Shown: positions 34,903 through 48,817 of the stretch, piece after piece
How positions within the stretch are numbered: position 1 is the first letter of the stretch
Layout of the letters: every line of letters begins with the position of its first letter
Source of the DNA: Hyaloraphidium curvatum SAG 235-1
Lineage: Eukaryota > Fungi > Monoblepharomycota
Length of the DNA: 64,000 nucleotides
NCBI GenBank assembly: GCA_025558095.1
Contig: JAIVFI010000029.1
Location: 248,001-312,000 of the forward strand
Direction: 5' to 3'
Notes under the pieces: generated by a model
The model's database searches: none
What the model saw: the letters and a program-made list of their open reading frames with translations, nothing else
What the model was told of the DNA's origin: nothing
Made by a program: the position numbers and the translations under genes

Positions 34903-36186
34903 CTATTGCGATCGGAGCAGCCTGAAAAGCTCGGCTGCTTCTTTCGTGCGTGAATGCTCTAAAGCAAAGGATTCCAGCTCCTCGATCTGCCGCACCGCGA
35001 TGTTACCTCGCCGGACCAAGGACGCTGCGAAAACACTGAGCTACGGGCGGAAAGCGTCAAGATCCGTTCAATGAATGCACTGCGGGGTACTTGCCAGCCT
35101 CGCCAGTCGGTTCTGTTGGACTGGATCGCGCGTCTTCGACGTTTCCTGTATCCAGTTTGTCACGAAGATCGTTAGGAGGTCTGACGGCGGGTCGACGTCG
35201 GCAAACAGCCTGTCAATCAGCTCCATGAGATGCAGCGTGGGCTCGAGCGATGCAACTTGTTGAAGAAACCTGCGACAACGACTGTCAGTCCCAAGAGACA
35301 CCGGAGCGCGTTGAGCGCTTACTCTAGGCCGGCCGTGAACTTCAGAAGCTCCCGTGCAACAAAGACCGCGAGGTCGGGTGACTTTTCCACAAAGCCAGCC
35401 CACTGGTCCGTAGGTGGAGCGAGAATGAGGACCGCACCCGGCACCGCCTCCATCCCTTGGAGCAGTTCCTTTGGCCGCCAGTGAGAAACGCCCGAGCACG
35501 GACCCATCAGGACCGGAACCCACCTTCTCATGAGCATCACTGATCGACGATGATATCGCCAGGGACATCAGACCGCTCATCCTCATGGCGCGTCGCTCGT
35601 TGAAGCAAAGCGTATAGTCCCACTTCAGCCTCTCGGATGAAGGACGACGACGCCCGGAAGGAGGCGTGCGAAAAGCCAGCATCGACGTGCACGGCACGCG
35701 ACACAGGATCGCCTTTGCAAGGTCCAAACACGAGGCTCGATCGGGGGGGGATCGGGGCGCGTTCGCAGAGGCAACGGCGACCTGCTGTTCCGCAAGCTCC
35801 ACCGGGGCCAGACACAACACGAACTGATCCACGAGAGCCGAAGACGTGGAAAAGCTAAGCGTCCTTGACGGCAACAGGGCGCCGTCCTCTGTCCGCACCG
35901 GCGCAGCGTCCGAGTGTCGGCGTGACGTGTCATTCCCAAATAGGTCAACACTCAGAGCCTCCAGGACGCCCAGCAGCCATGTTTCCAAATCCGATGCTGG
36001 CAGAAGAGCTCGGCTTTCGTCCATGACCAGCAGCAAGGCGCAGGTTGCCGCGAAGAGACGCTCCGGTGGGAACGTCGACCGAAAGTCGGACGCGCAGAGC
36101 TCCGGAGGAAGGCCGGACGCGCGTTCGAGCCAGTCATAGAGCAAATCCACCTCGTCGCCAGACAGAACCGAGCGCTTCCTCGGCAT
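34903..36186 (-). CDS. CNOT11: CCR4-NOT subunit CNOT11 (DUF2363)
   Basis: PTLHLMELIDRL, QQNRLARL, FALEHSRTKEAAELFRLL C-terminal domain; about 3 introns. Confidence 0.8.
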
Positions 36187-36273
36187 CGGCCCTACGACGA
36201 TGATAAACGCGCGCGGCCGAACCGGATCTCGATCGAATCAACAGAGCGACGCGGACAAACAGCCACAGACAAC

Positions 36274-37582
36274 ATGTCTGCCTCGGTCCACCTGGGCTTC
36301 CTGAGCCCCGCAGAGGACCTGCAGGCCAACATCAATGATTTTCCGAGCAAAGTCGGGGGCCGCCCCGTGGGTTTCACTACCCTCCGCCGGTTCCGCGAGT
36401 TTGGGTCTCACGCCGGATTCGGGACAGATATGGCTCAATCCGAACCCCATGCCGGCCGAGAATGTGGTTTGCGGCGTGTGCGGGAAGCCGCAGGTGCTGC
36501 TGCTCCAAGTGGGACCGGCCTTCCGGGGGTCCGGGGCACACTTTTGACCTTGTCGCCCTCGCTGCTCCAGATCTACACTCCGGAGGACGATCCGCCAGAG
36601 GCCTATCACAGGGTCGTCTACGTTTTCTGCTGCAAGAACGGGAAATGTCACAAGGTTGAATGGAAGAAGAGGTTGGTCCGTCTCGAGTCGAAGGCAGGCG
36701 GGCCTCCAACCACCGTGCCGCAGCATGAGCGTCTTCCGGTCACAGCTGCCGCGCGATAACCCCTACTACCCCCCACCTCGCGACGACGCGGATGAGGACG
36801 CAATGGACACAGACGGAACCCCCGCTGCCGCTTTGCCGGACCTTCCCGCCTACCGGACATGTGCCGTCTGCGGCCTCGCCGGCACCAAATCCTGCGGCGC
36901 CTGCCGCGCGGCGCACTACTGCGGACGCGACCACCAGGCGGTGCACTGGTCGCAGGGCCGGCACAAGCAGCTCTGCGGGGTCGCGCAGCCCGCGGAGGAG
37001 GAGAAGGAGAGGGACGCTCGCTTCCTGCGCTCGTGCCTGTTCCCGGAGCACGAGCTCATATCTGAGGACGAACCCGACACGGATGCCGGCGCGGCCGATG
37101 CGGAGCTGGCGCAGTCCGAGGACCTCGTCAAGCTCGCCGAGGACATGGACGGATGGCCGGCCGAGGAAGAGGCCGAGGACTCGGAGGTCGGCGTGGACAA
37201 GGCCTTTCTCAAGTTCCAGAAGCGGATATCGAGGGAGCCGGAGCAGGTGCTGCGCTACACCAGGGTTTCGTACGATTCGGACGCCCAGGACCCGCAACCG
37301 CTCTGGGCGAGCGAACAGGACCGGCCGGACCCGGACACGGACATTGGGCCGTGCCCATCGTGCGGCGCCAGGCGGACATTCGAGCTGCAGGTCATGCCGC
37401 AGCTGCTCAACTCGCTGGGAATCGTGCATGCAGATCCAGACGCGCTGGATTGGGGCACGTTACTGGTCTATTCCTGCGAGGCGAACTGCACACCGCGGGA
37501 GGGGTTCTACCATCGCGAAACCATATGGAGGCAGATGTTTGCCGACCAGGGCATACAGCTGCGCGCGCCGGGACGCGAATAA
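36274..37582 (+). CDS. PDCD2: PDCD2/Tsr4-family protein with MYND zinc finger
   Basis: SKVGGRP, QIYTP, VFRSQLP, CAVC..CGAC..YCGRDHQ..HW..HKQLC, EQVLRY, FELQVMPQLL, DWGTL. Confidence 0.93.
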
Positions 37583-37611
37583 AGAGGTCGCAGAGGGCCG
37601 AAGCCCGGCCG

Positions 37612-38878
37612 TCAGCGCGACTTGAAGCCGTTTTCCAGCTGCTGCGGGCTGGTGTTGTTGCGCGAGATGACACGCTGGCCACGCCGCGCCGGGGTCCCGT
37701 TGCCCGTTTCCGGACCGAACTGGCCCCTCGATGTCCGCTGCTCCGAACCGGAGGCATGCCCGTCGCCATCCTCGGATTTCTCCTTCGTCTTGATCCCCAG
37801 GATCCTGGCACCTCCCAAATGCTTGAGCAGGTCCTCCAGGCAGACGCCCACAAACACGATCGCCACGCCCGCCCACTGGCCGAACGACAGCACGTGCCCG
37901 AACATCACGACGCTGAGGATAATGCTCAGCATCTTGCGGGTCACGGTGATGGTGACGAGCACCAGGCTCCCGAACGTTTGGAGCGTGTAGAAGATAAAGA
38001 CCTGACCGAGCGCCCCGCACACGGAAAAGAGCGCAATGTCCAGCCACACGGCCGGGTGGTCCGTGCAAAAGGCGAGGGCGCCAGAGAGCTCCCGCGTGAA
38101 CGGGTTGGAAAGGACGAGGTACGCGGCCATGAGCGTCGCGGAGCACACGTTCATAAAGAACATCATCTGCTGGCCCGTGACCTTGTGGTGGGTGAAAATG
38201 CGGTCCTGGGTCGAGTTGGTCACGCCGTCGATGACCAGGTTGGCCGTCAGCAGCAGCAATCCAAACAGGCTCGAGAGCAGCGTCCGCGGGGCGTCGCCGG
38301 GGCGGCCACCGCCGTGCCCGCCCTTGCCCTTCTTGTGCGGGTCCATGAGCATGAACACCGAGACGCCGAAGGTGATGAGGCCCACGGCCAGATACTTGGA
38401 GAGGGGGAAGCGCTTCCGGTAGAGGACCCAGCCCATGACCATCACGGGCACCAGCTGTTTCCGCGGGTCAGCGGACGCGGGGGAGCGGAAGTGGCTGCCG
38501 GCCCACCTTGCACGACTTGCCCAGGATCATCGTCGGGTAGTCGATGTAGCGCAGGGAGGCGTAGCCAAACGGCGACGCGATCGAGTTGAGGAAGGCGACG
38601 GAAAAGAACTTTGCCACGAGGTCCGGCTGCGGCCGCGATATGGTGAGGCCCTGCACCCGCATGTACAGCCAGGCGACGACGGCGGCGGCCACGGCCTGGC
38701 ACAGGTTGAGGAAAATGAACTGCTTGAAGTAGCGCGGCGGGGCGTCCGGGTCGTGTGGATCCGTGTACGGGGTCGTCGAGACCCGCTCCTGCAGGAGGCC
38801 CCACGTCAGGAACGTGGCGTAGACGCCCGCTCCGCAGACGAGGAGCTGGAGCGTCCCAGGGGGCGACGCGTGCGCCAT
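37612..38878 (-). CDS. HUT1: UDP-galactose transporter homolog (Hut1/SLC35B1)
   Basis: WGLLQER, YIDYPTMILGKSCK|LVPVM, DGVTNSTQD, GALGQVFIF, TVTRKM. Confidence 0.93.
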
Positions 38879-39117
38879 TTGTGCCAGAGTGGGACGGAAG
38901 GGCGGAAGGAAGTGGGGGTGGAGGGGGGGGAGGGGGCGGCAGGGAGGGACTATCCGAGGCCCCAACAAAAGAAAGAAGGCACGCCGCTAGCACGCAGCGG
39001 CCGTCATTTTCACTACTGCGGCGGCGGCGCCGAGGCAAGTTGACTGTGGGGTGGGCTCTCGTCCGTCCTTGCGGTTTCCCATCACAAGTAACGGTCCCCT
39101 CCATTCCACACGCGTCA

Positions 39118-41896
39118 ATGGAACCGGACGAGTCCGACGGCGGTGGACCCGGGCCTTTGTCGAGCCCGGGAGGCCGCGCTGTGCGGCGCGAGGGCGCGTC
39201 TCCGTACCGCCGGGATGCGCGTCCGCGGCCGGGCAAGAAGCAGAAGACGGACGTGTCGCCGACTTCGCGGGGCATCCTCGCCGCGATTGGCGGCCGCATG
39301 GCGGCCTTCTTGGGCATGACGCCTAAGAAGGCCCCGACGGACGACGAGGAGCCCGTGGAGCTCGCCGGCGCGGAGGACGCGGATGCGCCCGACGCGTCGC
39401 ACCGCGAACCGCCGCGGCCGGAGCTGCCCAGACCCGAGCTGGCCGCGTTCAGGGCGGCGCAGACCGCGCAGAACACGCAGCCGGCATTCGGCGCGCTGTC
39501 GGGCCCCGCGTTCGCCACGCCGTCGGGCCCCGCGTTCGCCTCGCAGCCCGGCTTCGCCGCCAAGGCCCCGCCCACGTTCGGCTCCTCCTCGTTCGCCGGC
39601 CCCGTCGCATCGGGCTCGGGCCCGTTTTCCGCGTCGGTCGCTGCGGCACCAAAGCAGGCGCCCGCGCCCTCGGACGACTGGGGATTCAACGCTCGGCCGG
39701 AAGCCGTCCCCAACCGCGGCTTCGGCACGCCGGCACGCACCCCGCAACTGCAGCCGCCGCCGCAGCTGTATGGCGTGACCCCTGCGAACCCCGCCGCGCA
39801 GAATCCAGAGTATACGGCCGCAATTGAGAGGCACAAACGCGCGGCCGCGCGCACTAAGGACATCCTCGAGGTGACCGAACGGGAGGGGCGCGTCGCGACG
39901 CCGGAAGAGATGGCCGAACTGCAGCAGCTGGCGAAAATCAAGGCTCCCAGTAAGAGTGCCACCGTTCATGCCGCCCAACCGGTCGCTGACGGTGCCGATC
40001 GCCGAAGACGAAGCAGATTTCCGCTCTCCCGCTCCCGGCTCCCCGTTCAAGTTCATCGCGCCTCCGACCCCCAAGCTGTTTACGCCCGTTCGGACCGGAG
40101 TGGCGGCGAGCCCGAACGTCGCACGGAGCGACAAGCGTGACGGGGCCGCGTCGGCCGTGCGCCGGCGCCAGGACCTCCGCTACTACGGAGTGGGATTCAG
40201 CCACCGCAACACCCCGCGGCGCAGGCCCACGTCGAACCTCGCGGGCCCAAGCGTCACCGCGGGTCGCACGCAGAGCTCCCTGTTCGAGAGTATGGACATC
40301 CAGGCGAACGAGCCCGTGGACTTTGGAACCGGTGCGGCTGCGGATCGCCTGCTCGAGGGCCCGCCGGCCCCGCAGCTTCCTGCAATCGCGAACGCCGCCG
40401 CGTCGGCTGCATCCGAGGATGTCTCGATGGCGATCGACGTGAGACGGACGCCTACCGCCTCGCGCCGTCCCAGCCTGTCCTCGCCGCTCAGCTCGGCCGC
40501 GCAGATCATACAACGGGTCATCGAGGAAACGAGTCCCCCGGCTAAGCTGGGTGCGCTGCCCGGACCAGCCTCCCGGAGCTTGGCGCCGAATCCGTTCATG
40601 CTCACCGAGAACGACGGCCCGCTCCCGCCGCCCTCGGCGCCTGCCAAGGTTCCTCCCGCGCCGGTGCGCGACCTCGGCGGGCTTAAGCATGCCTTTGCCG
40701 CCACCCAGCCGTCTGGAGCTGTGCCGGTGCCGGCGCCGCCGAAACCGGCACCGACCTTCAACTTTGCTGCCCCGCAAGCCCCCGCGGCAAAGCCGGCGGA
40801 CACGCCGAAGGCGGCGGCCAAGCCTCCCGCTTTTGTTGCCCCCGCTGCTCCCTCGGATGGACTTGCCACGCCTGCCAAAGGGGGCTTCACCTTCGGCACC
40901 CCCGCAAACGGGATCGCCGCGTCCGCGCAGCCCAAGCAGATCAAGCCGCCGGCAGAGACGAAGCCTTCGGAACCCTCCAACGGGGACGCCATGATAGTCG
41001 AACCAGCACCTTCCGTTTCTTCACGGCTTCCGAGCACAACCGCACCCGCGGAGCGACGGCCTGAGGGAGGCTTCACCTCGATGCCCAACGGGTTCGGGGC
41101 CGCAAAGGAGAACGTGGCGACCAGTGAGAACGGAACCACGCCCCTCGATCCTCTGGCCGCTGCCAAGTCCAAGGTTGGTCGATCCCACGACAGCCGGACG
41201 AGCGGGATGACTGATGCGCTGGGAAAGGCCAAGTCGTCTTCCGCTACTCCGCCTGCCTCCGCCTCGGCATTCGCATTCCAACCGCTTCCCAAACGGCCGC
41301 CGTCCCGGGACGAGGATCTGGAAAGGATCGCCAAGCGCGTGAGGAGCTCGACCAACCTCCCTTCTTTCGAGTTCAGGTCGCAGAACGGCAATCAGGGCGT
41401 CCAGGGCGGTCAGGGCGGTCAGGGCGGTGTAACCCAGGCCCCGACTTCGGGGTTCAACTGGGGAGCTGCCGGTATGCAGAAGCCCGCCGCGGCGGGATGG
41501 ACTTGCTCAGTTTGCATGGTCAACAATCCCGACTCCGCGCCGAAATGCCAGGCATGCGAGAACGACAAGCCGGGCGCGGCCAAGGCGACGGGGGGGACGG
41601 TTCCGGCGACTTTCGATTTCAAGGCGGCAGGGATGCAGCCGATCGTGCAGCAAGGCTGGAAGTGCCCGACGTGCATGGTCAGCAACGCGGATTCGGCAGC
41701 AAAGTGCCTCTCCTGCGAAACGGACAAACCACGGACGGCGGCTCCGACGGGGGCAGCGGCGCCAAAGGCGGCGTTTGACTTTGCCGCGGCCGGCATGAAG
41801 CCGCAGGCGCAGGCCGGATGGACATGCAACGTGTGTATGGTTCCCAACTCGGCGACGGCCTCGAAGTGCGCTGCTTGCGAAGCCAGCAGACCTTGA
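39118..41896 (+). CDS. Nuclear-basket nucleoporin-like protein with three C-terminal RanBP2-type zinc fingers
   Basis: FxFG/AFA repeats, basic NLS-like RPRPGKKQK, and three W-x-C-x2-C-x3-N-x6-C-x2-C fingers; introns near 39950 and 41174. Confidence 0.75.
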
Positions 41897-42008
41897 CTGA
41901 CAACTGTACATGACATTGTCTCTAAGATGACCGGCGGGCGACTGTAGTTTTTCCCTGTGCAGACCTCGACCCCGACCCAGAGCAAGTACGGCCAACCCTC
42001 CACACATT

Positions 42009-43188
42009 TCACGCGTGTGCCGCCGACACGCCGCCGTTTAGCGATCCCGACCTTTTTCGCTGCAGCGAACTGGACCGCCGGCTGCTGCCGATCCCCCCGC
42101 TCGCAGTCCTGCTCATCGACGTAGGCGAGTCCACCGCGTCCACAGGCGACACCGCCATTATTTGGCGGATCCGCTCCTCGCGCCAAAACTCCGCGTCCTT
42201 CTCGTTCCAAGGACCCAGGCCGCTGTGCTCGCAGCCTCCCGGGCACACGCACTTGCCCCCGAGGGCCTGCGGGAGGTGCTTCTCGTCGATGTTTTCCAGG
42301 AGCGTGGGCTGATATCTCGACCTGGCGGGAACGGGTCAGGCATGAAGATGGAAGAGAGTCCGTCGAGCCTACCCGAGGATCTGGATCTTTTGCACCGTCG
42401 CCTCGTCCAGAAAGAGCTTCACCACGCTCCAAACAGAGGTGAACAGCATCGGCGCGTTGATGATGTACATCCGCCCGAGCGTCTCCGGGTAGTAGTCCTG
42501 CGCCACGGCGCTGATGTGCTTGACGAAGCTGGACACGGAGGGGAACTGGGTGATGGCCACGCCCTTGAGGTCGATGATGGTGCACGACTGCTCGATGTGG
42601 CGGTGCGCCTTCCACGAGCAGGCCACGAACCGCTCCTTGAGCGTCTTTTCGTACTCGACGACGTGGTTTTTCATGAACCGCTCCTCCGTCGTCAGCTTGA
42701 AGATGGAGCGGATGTCGAGCTTGCCGAGGTGCTCGACGTAGACTGGCCGTCCCGCCTTGTCCGTCGAATGGTAGTAGCGCGGGTAAATCTTGTCAATCTC
42801 GGGCCGCTCGGCAAACACAAAGGTCTTTGTGAGCTCGTCCACGCCAAAGTCGTGCCTGGCGGCCGGGGAACCGGCGAAGCGGTGAGCGGTGAGCTGGCCC
42901 GGGCGGAACCGGGTCCCACCTCCACTTGAGGTAGTTGGAGAACATGAACTTCGTCTTGGGCACATCGAAGCGGCGCGCCCGCAGGAAGCGCAGCAGGGTG
43001 TACTCGTCGTGCTCGATCGGGTCGTAAACCCCCTCGGCTTTGAGCTCCGACCGGAACTGGTCGAGGGCCTGCTGCTGCTCCGGCGTGAGGTGGCCCAGCC
43101 GCCCGGCCGTCGGCATCGGTGCCAAGTCCAAGCTGGCCCGTGAACGCGAGGTTCCCGAGCGCTGCATCGAGGGCTTCGTAGTAGCCAT
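42009..43188 (-). CDS. SEC14: Phosphatidylinositol transfer protein Sec14
   Basis: LLRFLRARRFDV, YPRYYHSTDKAGRP, QDYYPETLG, INAP; 2 introns. Confidence 0.95.
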
Positions 43189-43304
43189 GGCTTTTGTGTG
43201 TGCTGGGCCCTTGTTGCCTCAAACGCGCGCCCGCGTTGGCCGTGCACCCTGCCTGCCACGCGAAACAAGAAGCTGGCGTGGTGCTTCCCACGCGCATCGA
43301 CGCG

Positions 43305-46300
43305 ATGCGGGCCGCGACGGTGCTTCCCCTGGCACTGATCGCGCTCCTCGTGACGGGCGCCCGTGCGCTGCACGAGGATGAGGCCGGCGTCATGGACTGG
43401 TGCGACGCGTCGGCCCGCTGGAATCCTTCGAGCCAACATCTGGGCCCTCCAGGTTCAAACCGTTCGTCGGCACGCCGACGCACGCGCATTTTGCAACCGT
43501 GGATCGCCAGCCTCGTGTCTTTGTGGCCACGAAACGGTCCGTGGTGGCTTCAATCGACGCCAAGAGCGGCTCAATCGGTCGGTCCGCCGCCGCTGCTGCG
43601 TAGCCCGCGCAAGTCGGCTCACTAACGATTGGGCAGATTGGAGGCAGCAGCTGCCGAGCGGGGAGGTGATCGAGGACTTTGCGGGCCTGAAGCACCTCGG
43701 TGGGATCCCGATCTGTCTGCCTTCATCGTACCTGGGTTACGAATCTCCGCACAGGACTGGTCACGATATCTCGCGCAGAGGATGGCTTCCGGGCCCGCTT
43801 TTGGGAGCCCGCCACGGGATCCGTCCGCTGGGATGTGGCTGCGGGGACGGTGCGGCCAAACTCTCGCGGAAACGTTCGGTTCGCGGCGTCCGGCAACGTC
43901 TTGATCGATACCGGGAGCCGGATGCTCCTCCTGGATCGCAAATCTGGGCTTGCCGTATGGACCGTCCAGCTTGCCGGGAAGGATGGGCTGCCGACGGTGT
44001 GGCACGAAGCCGGGGACTTTGTCGTCAAGATCTTCGCGACCGGTTCGCCCAAGGGAACCGCACTGACGGTCGTGCGGATATCCTTGGTGGACGGCAGTGT
44101 CAGGGAGGAGTACGTCTTGCCCGACGTCGTCGTCGACGTCAAGGAGCAGGGGCTCGAGAACCTGGTTCGGTTCGTGGATCATGCGGACGGGGCAGTAAAG
44201 ACGAGCTACCTGATCGTGAAGCCTGCGGGGAGCTCGCCTATCGTCACCCACAGATTCGGGACGCGGGATGCAGAGGTCGGTTTGCGCCGACATCGGGGTC
44301 CTAATGTTGACCATGTCCCCCCCAGACCCAGCCGCAGGCCGTGCCAGCTGGAGGCCCTCGCGCGATGGTCTTTGAAAGCGGGCCGTCGCAATTCGACAAG
44401 CACGTCTCAATCAGACTTTCGGACGGCGGCGTGCTCGTGGTTGGGGTCGAGGCTTCGGGCAGGTTGAAGCCCACGACTCAGGTCGACCAGCGTTCGAAAC
44501 CTATGCTGGCAACGGCGCGCACATTGGGCGCGGCCCAGAGCCTGCTGTGCCTCACGTATGCCCAGCCGTGGAAGGTATGGCAAGCTGGCGAGTAGGGCTG
44601 CGAGTCGGCTCAAAGCTTCCGCAGTCGACGTTGACCTTTGAGGTGATCAACATCATTGACGACAAGATCGAACCTTTCACGTTCAATTTCTCCGCACGCG
44701 AGAACGGGTTTCCCGTCCAAGTTGGTTCAGTGCTGGCCCCTGCCGCGGTGCGACTCATCTTTCCGAGCAGTCCTTTTTCGAGGTCGGGCTCAAGTCCGGT
44801 TCGAGCAAGTACGGGTTTCTCGTTGTTTTCGAGGACGGATCGGTGAATTTCTACGACACGGCGGGCCTGGTGTGGAAGAGGGAAGAATCCCTCTCCGAGG
44901 TCGCGGACGCAGCCTTCATCGACTTTGCGGAGGAGAAGCTGTTGGTTCAAGACACGGCAGAGACTGGTGAGTGGCCGGCGAGCCGTGCCCCGATTTCCGC
45001 CAACATTCCATTCCCTGCGCAGACAAGGGCTCCACCCTCAACGTTTACCTGCACCGTTTACGGCTGCACTTGAGGAGCCTTACGGTCCGTCCCTAGGCCG
45101 TGCAGCATATTGCGGCATCGTACTGAACCTTATATTGACAGGGTATCTTCGCCCTAGGGCGTGACCAAAGTGCTGGCGAGTGCTCGAGCAACTCCACGGG
45201 AGTCAAACAGATCTTCAGAGACGTGTTCGGGCTTCGCAAACTCATCCTGTTTCTGTCCAAGAGCGGCAAGCTGGTTGCTCTTGACAGCGAATCGGGGGCT
45301 GCCGTTTGGGAACGCTACATTGCAATGGAGGCTGCCGACGCCAATGCCATCTCGCAAACTGCGACCGTGGTTGGGCGGGAAATCCTGCTTGTGCGGAGCA
45401 CGGCGGAACAGTATCCGCCCATCGTAACGGTCGTACTTACGGCCAAAGATGCTGGAAAGGTGGGCTCGAAGTGGTCGTTCGAAGCAAGCTCGGCTGATGT
45501 CGGACATCAAGCACTTCACGATAACTCATAACATCAACGCGATGGATGGCATTGATTTTGGAGCTACTCCCATGACGATCCAGGCGATGGAGCTGGCCAG
45601 CGCCATCATTCTTCCCGAAGTGGACGGTGCCGACAGTCTCCATGTCATCGCCCTGGTCGATGCTGCCCACAACGTTGGTATTGCAGCTAAGCCTGTGCCT
45701 GCCTGTCTAACCTTTACCGCCAGCTGCGCATTCTTCCGGAGCGGGCAGCCACAGCGAACCTCGTGAAGGACCTCGCCGCCAAGCTCGTCTTTTTCGACGC
45801 AAAAGTCGGCGCCGACGGCGTTCGAGGGTTCCGCATCAGCGCGAACGGCGGCATCAGGTCCCCGATACCACCAGTGGAGGCTTGGCAAATCAACTTCCCG
45901 GAAGGAGAGCGGCTGGCGGTCGTTGGCGAGAAACCCGCATACGGTGGGTCACCAGCCAGCAAAGGGGCGAAACTCAGGTCTAAGCTGGCGTGCCTCCGGT
46001 ACAGAACGTGTCGCGTCCATTGGTCGCGTGCTGGGTGACAGGAGCGTGCTGTACAAGTACTTGAACCCGCACGTTGCCGTGTTTGGCACCGTCAGGGACG
46101 ACCCGGCTGCTTTTTCCGTTTACGTCGTCGACACGGTCAAAGGGGCGATTCTTTACCATGCCGTGCACCCTGGCGGCGGCTCCAATGGCAACACCGGCGG
46201 ACTGCACATTGCGCAGGCAGAGAACTGGGTGGTGTACACTTTCTGGAACTCTGGCGGCCCGGATGCATCAAGCCTTCCGGAGCCGGCAGCTGCCCCTCCG

Positions 46301-47115
46301 AGTGATTCGGAGGGCGCTGGAAAGAAGAAGAAGAAGAGAAAGGCCCGGCGCAAGGGACCCGTGAGCAAAGGGCAGGAGGTGGTTGCCTTGGAGCTTTACG
46401 AGAGCGGCCAGCCGGACAGCAAGCTTGCCCCGTGAGCACACTGTGTCATTGCCGCCTGATTCGGCGTCTTATGGACTTGATCCTGCAGCCAATCCTCGTA
46501 CCAGCTCGTGCGCCCCTACGTGATCGCACAGGCGTACAACTTCCTCACGGGCATCGATGCTCTGTCGATCACCACGACGCGGAGCGGCATCACGACTCGG
46601 GAGGCACTAGGTATGGCACGATGGGCATGCGTGGCACGCGACACTCATCGATGTGCCCACTAGTCGTGACTCCGGCGGGCCAGCTCCTAGGAATCTCGAG
46701 GCGGTTCCTAGATCCGCGAAGGCCGACCGCTGCGCTTTCTGCAGATGACAAGGAGGAGGGGCTGATCCCGTATCAGGCGGCGCTGCCATTCAATCCCCGC
46801 GATGTTGCCTCCTACACCCACAAGGTGATGCTGGCCGGTGGCTACGAAGTCCGCAGCTGACAGACAACCCCGCAGCTACTCGGCATCGATTCCATCAAGA
46901 CCGCCCCGGCGTTCTTGGAATCTACTTCGCTGGTCCTCGCATATGGGCTCGACGTCTTCTTCACGCGGCGGATGCCCTCGAAGGCATTCGACATGCTGAG
47001 CGAGGACTTTAGTCGGATTTCGCTGGTTGCGACGATGGTGGCGCTGGTTGTAGGGATCTTTGCTGCCCGACACTTCAGCAACAGGAAGCGGCTCTACGAC
47101 GCCTTCCAAACGTAG
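43305..47115 (+). CDS. EMC1: ER membrane protein complex subunit 1
   Basis: Signal peptide then LHEDEAGVMDW, WKREESLS, FGLRKLI, VLGDRSVLYKYLNP, LESTSLVLAYGLDVF, C-terminal TM; about 11 introns. Confidence 0.95.
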
Positions 47116-47148
47116 ATACCGGGGTATACCCGCTGCTTGTATTGCGTG

Positions 47149-48746
47149 TCACGCGCTGTACAAGAAGCCGATCGAGAACAGAGCAGTCGCCAGGATGGTC
47201 GAGAAGGCCCCGGCATAATACGGCCAAGCGGTCGTGAGGTACCGTTCGTACTCGTTATCTGCAATCCACGGTCGTTAGTGGTCCGAAGTCCGGCGCATCG
47301 CAAATAGGTGGAAGACCCACGTCTGAACTGCACGACGGAAATGGTTTCTTTCGCGGCGATGTAGGTATAGCCCCGTCTCCGGTAGTCGAGCTTGAAGGTG
47401 AAGACGCCGTATTGGTCCGGCAGCTGAAAAGCGCCCTCAAACTCGCGCGAAGTGGCGTCCTTCGCAACGGAGCGTCCCTTGAGGGTGGTGCGCACGTAAG
47501 GGTCCAACATAATTGCCTCGAACTGGATGTCGTCCGCCGTGAACGGGCGCCATTTGCCGTCGTGGAACTCGGCGATCTCCGCAACGTACACCTGTAGACG
47601 TGATCTGCCATCAGAGCCATTCACACGGCCTACAGTCGTCCGCGACGCACCACCCGGTCCTTGATCCGGTACTTGCCCGGCTGCACCGATTCGCCTTCCT
47701 TGTGGTGATTGACGCTCCGGATGTGCAGCACGCCACGTTCGTGGAATGTCCACTTGGAAATCTCCTCAACAAAGGCGGCATTGCCCGACTTGACGAGGCC
47801 AGACGGCACGCTGACTTGGGAGTCGAGGAAGCTGCGCGGCGTCAGGCTTATTGTGGCAGGTAACGACAAGGATGGAACGCACGAGTTTGTAAACATGTCG
47901 ATCGACCCCGAAACTGTCACGCGTGCGTTGTTGAGTGCCTGCAGGCAGCCGACGAGCACGATGTCCTTCCCAATCACGAAAGGGTTGGCCTCGGCCACGT
48001 AGTCGGCGCGCGGTTCGGCCGAGTACGCCGACGCGCTGCCCGTCAAAACCTTGGCAAGCAAGGGGTTCGGGGCAAACTTCATGGCCGTGCCGCGGTACAG
48101 GATCGGGGCGCCTTTTCGAATAGCCGCGCTGACAAATGGCTCGCCCGCCGCGTACGAGGATGCCCGGATGGTGGCGTGGTCCGCCAGCACGTTCTCATCC
48201 GAGGACGCGTTCCGCCCGATGTGGTCGACCACCACGGTTCCCTTGTCGTCGAGGGAGATCCCAAATTCGTAGACGAGGTCCCGGATCAGGTCCGACGCGT
48301 CCGAGGACGCGGCAACCAGCAGGTTTCCGCCATCTTTGACAAAGTCAACGACAGCGGTCAGCCGCACGTCTCCCAGCGCTGCAAAACCACGGTATCAGCC
48401 GGCACGGCGCTGGAGAACGGGACTACGCCCACAGTTGGTCCTTGGCGCGAAGAGCACGAGCTGGTCGTACGCCCTCGACCCAAAATCCAGCAGCTTCCAG
48501 TCCTTCCCCGCAGCGGCCTTCAGATCCAGCTGATACCCTCGATCTGGGTGAATACCGCGTCAGCGACGCGTCCATGTGCCCGGAAGCGCGGACCGCACCC
48601 CGCAGCTGGTCGAAGAAGGTGCTGAACTCGCCCGTGCTCGCATCGTCGAGCAGGACCAGAACGCGGTTTCCGGTCAGGGACTTGGCCGACGCTACTGCTG
48701 CCCAAGCTATGAGCGCGATGAAAGCGATCGCGGTCCGGAAAATCAT
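47149..48746 (-). CDS. WBP1: Oligosaccharyltransferase subunit Wbp1/OST48
   Basis: Signal peptide, QALNNARVTVSGS, YRIKD, DDIQFEAIMLDPYVR, LPDQYGVFTFKLDY, C-terminal TM. Confidence 0.95.
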
Positions 48747-48817
48747 CGTTGAAAGGCAGCAGGGAGTGACTTGGCCCCGCGGCCAATCAACCAACCAACA
48801 ACACCGGATTGACCGCC

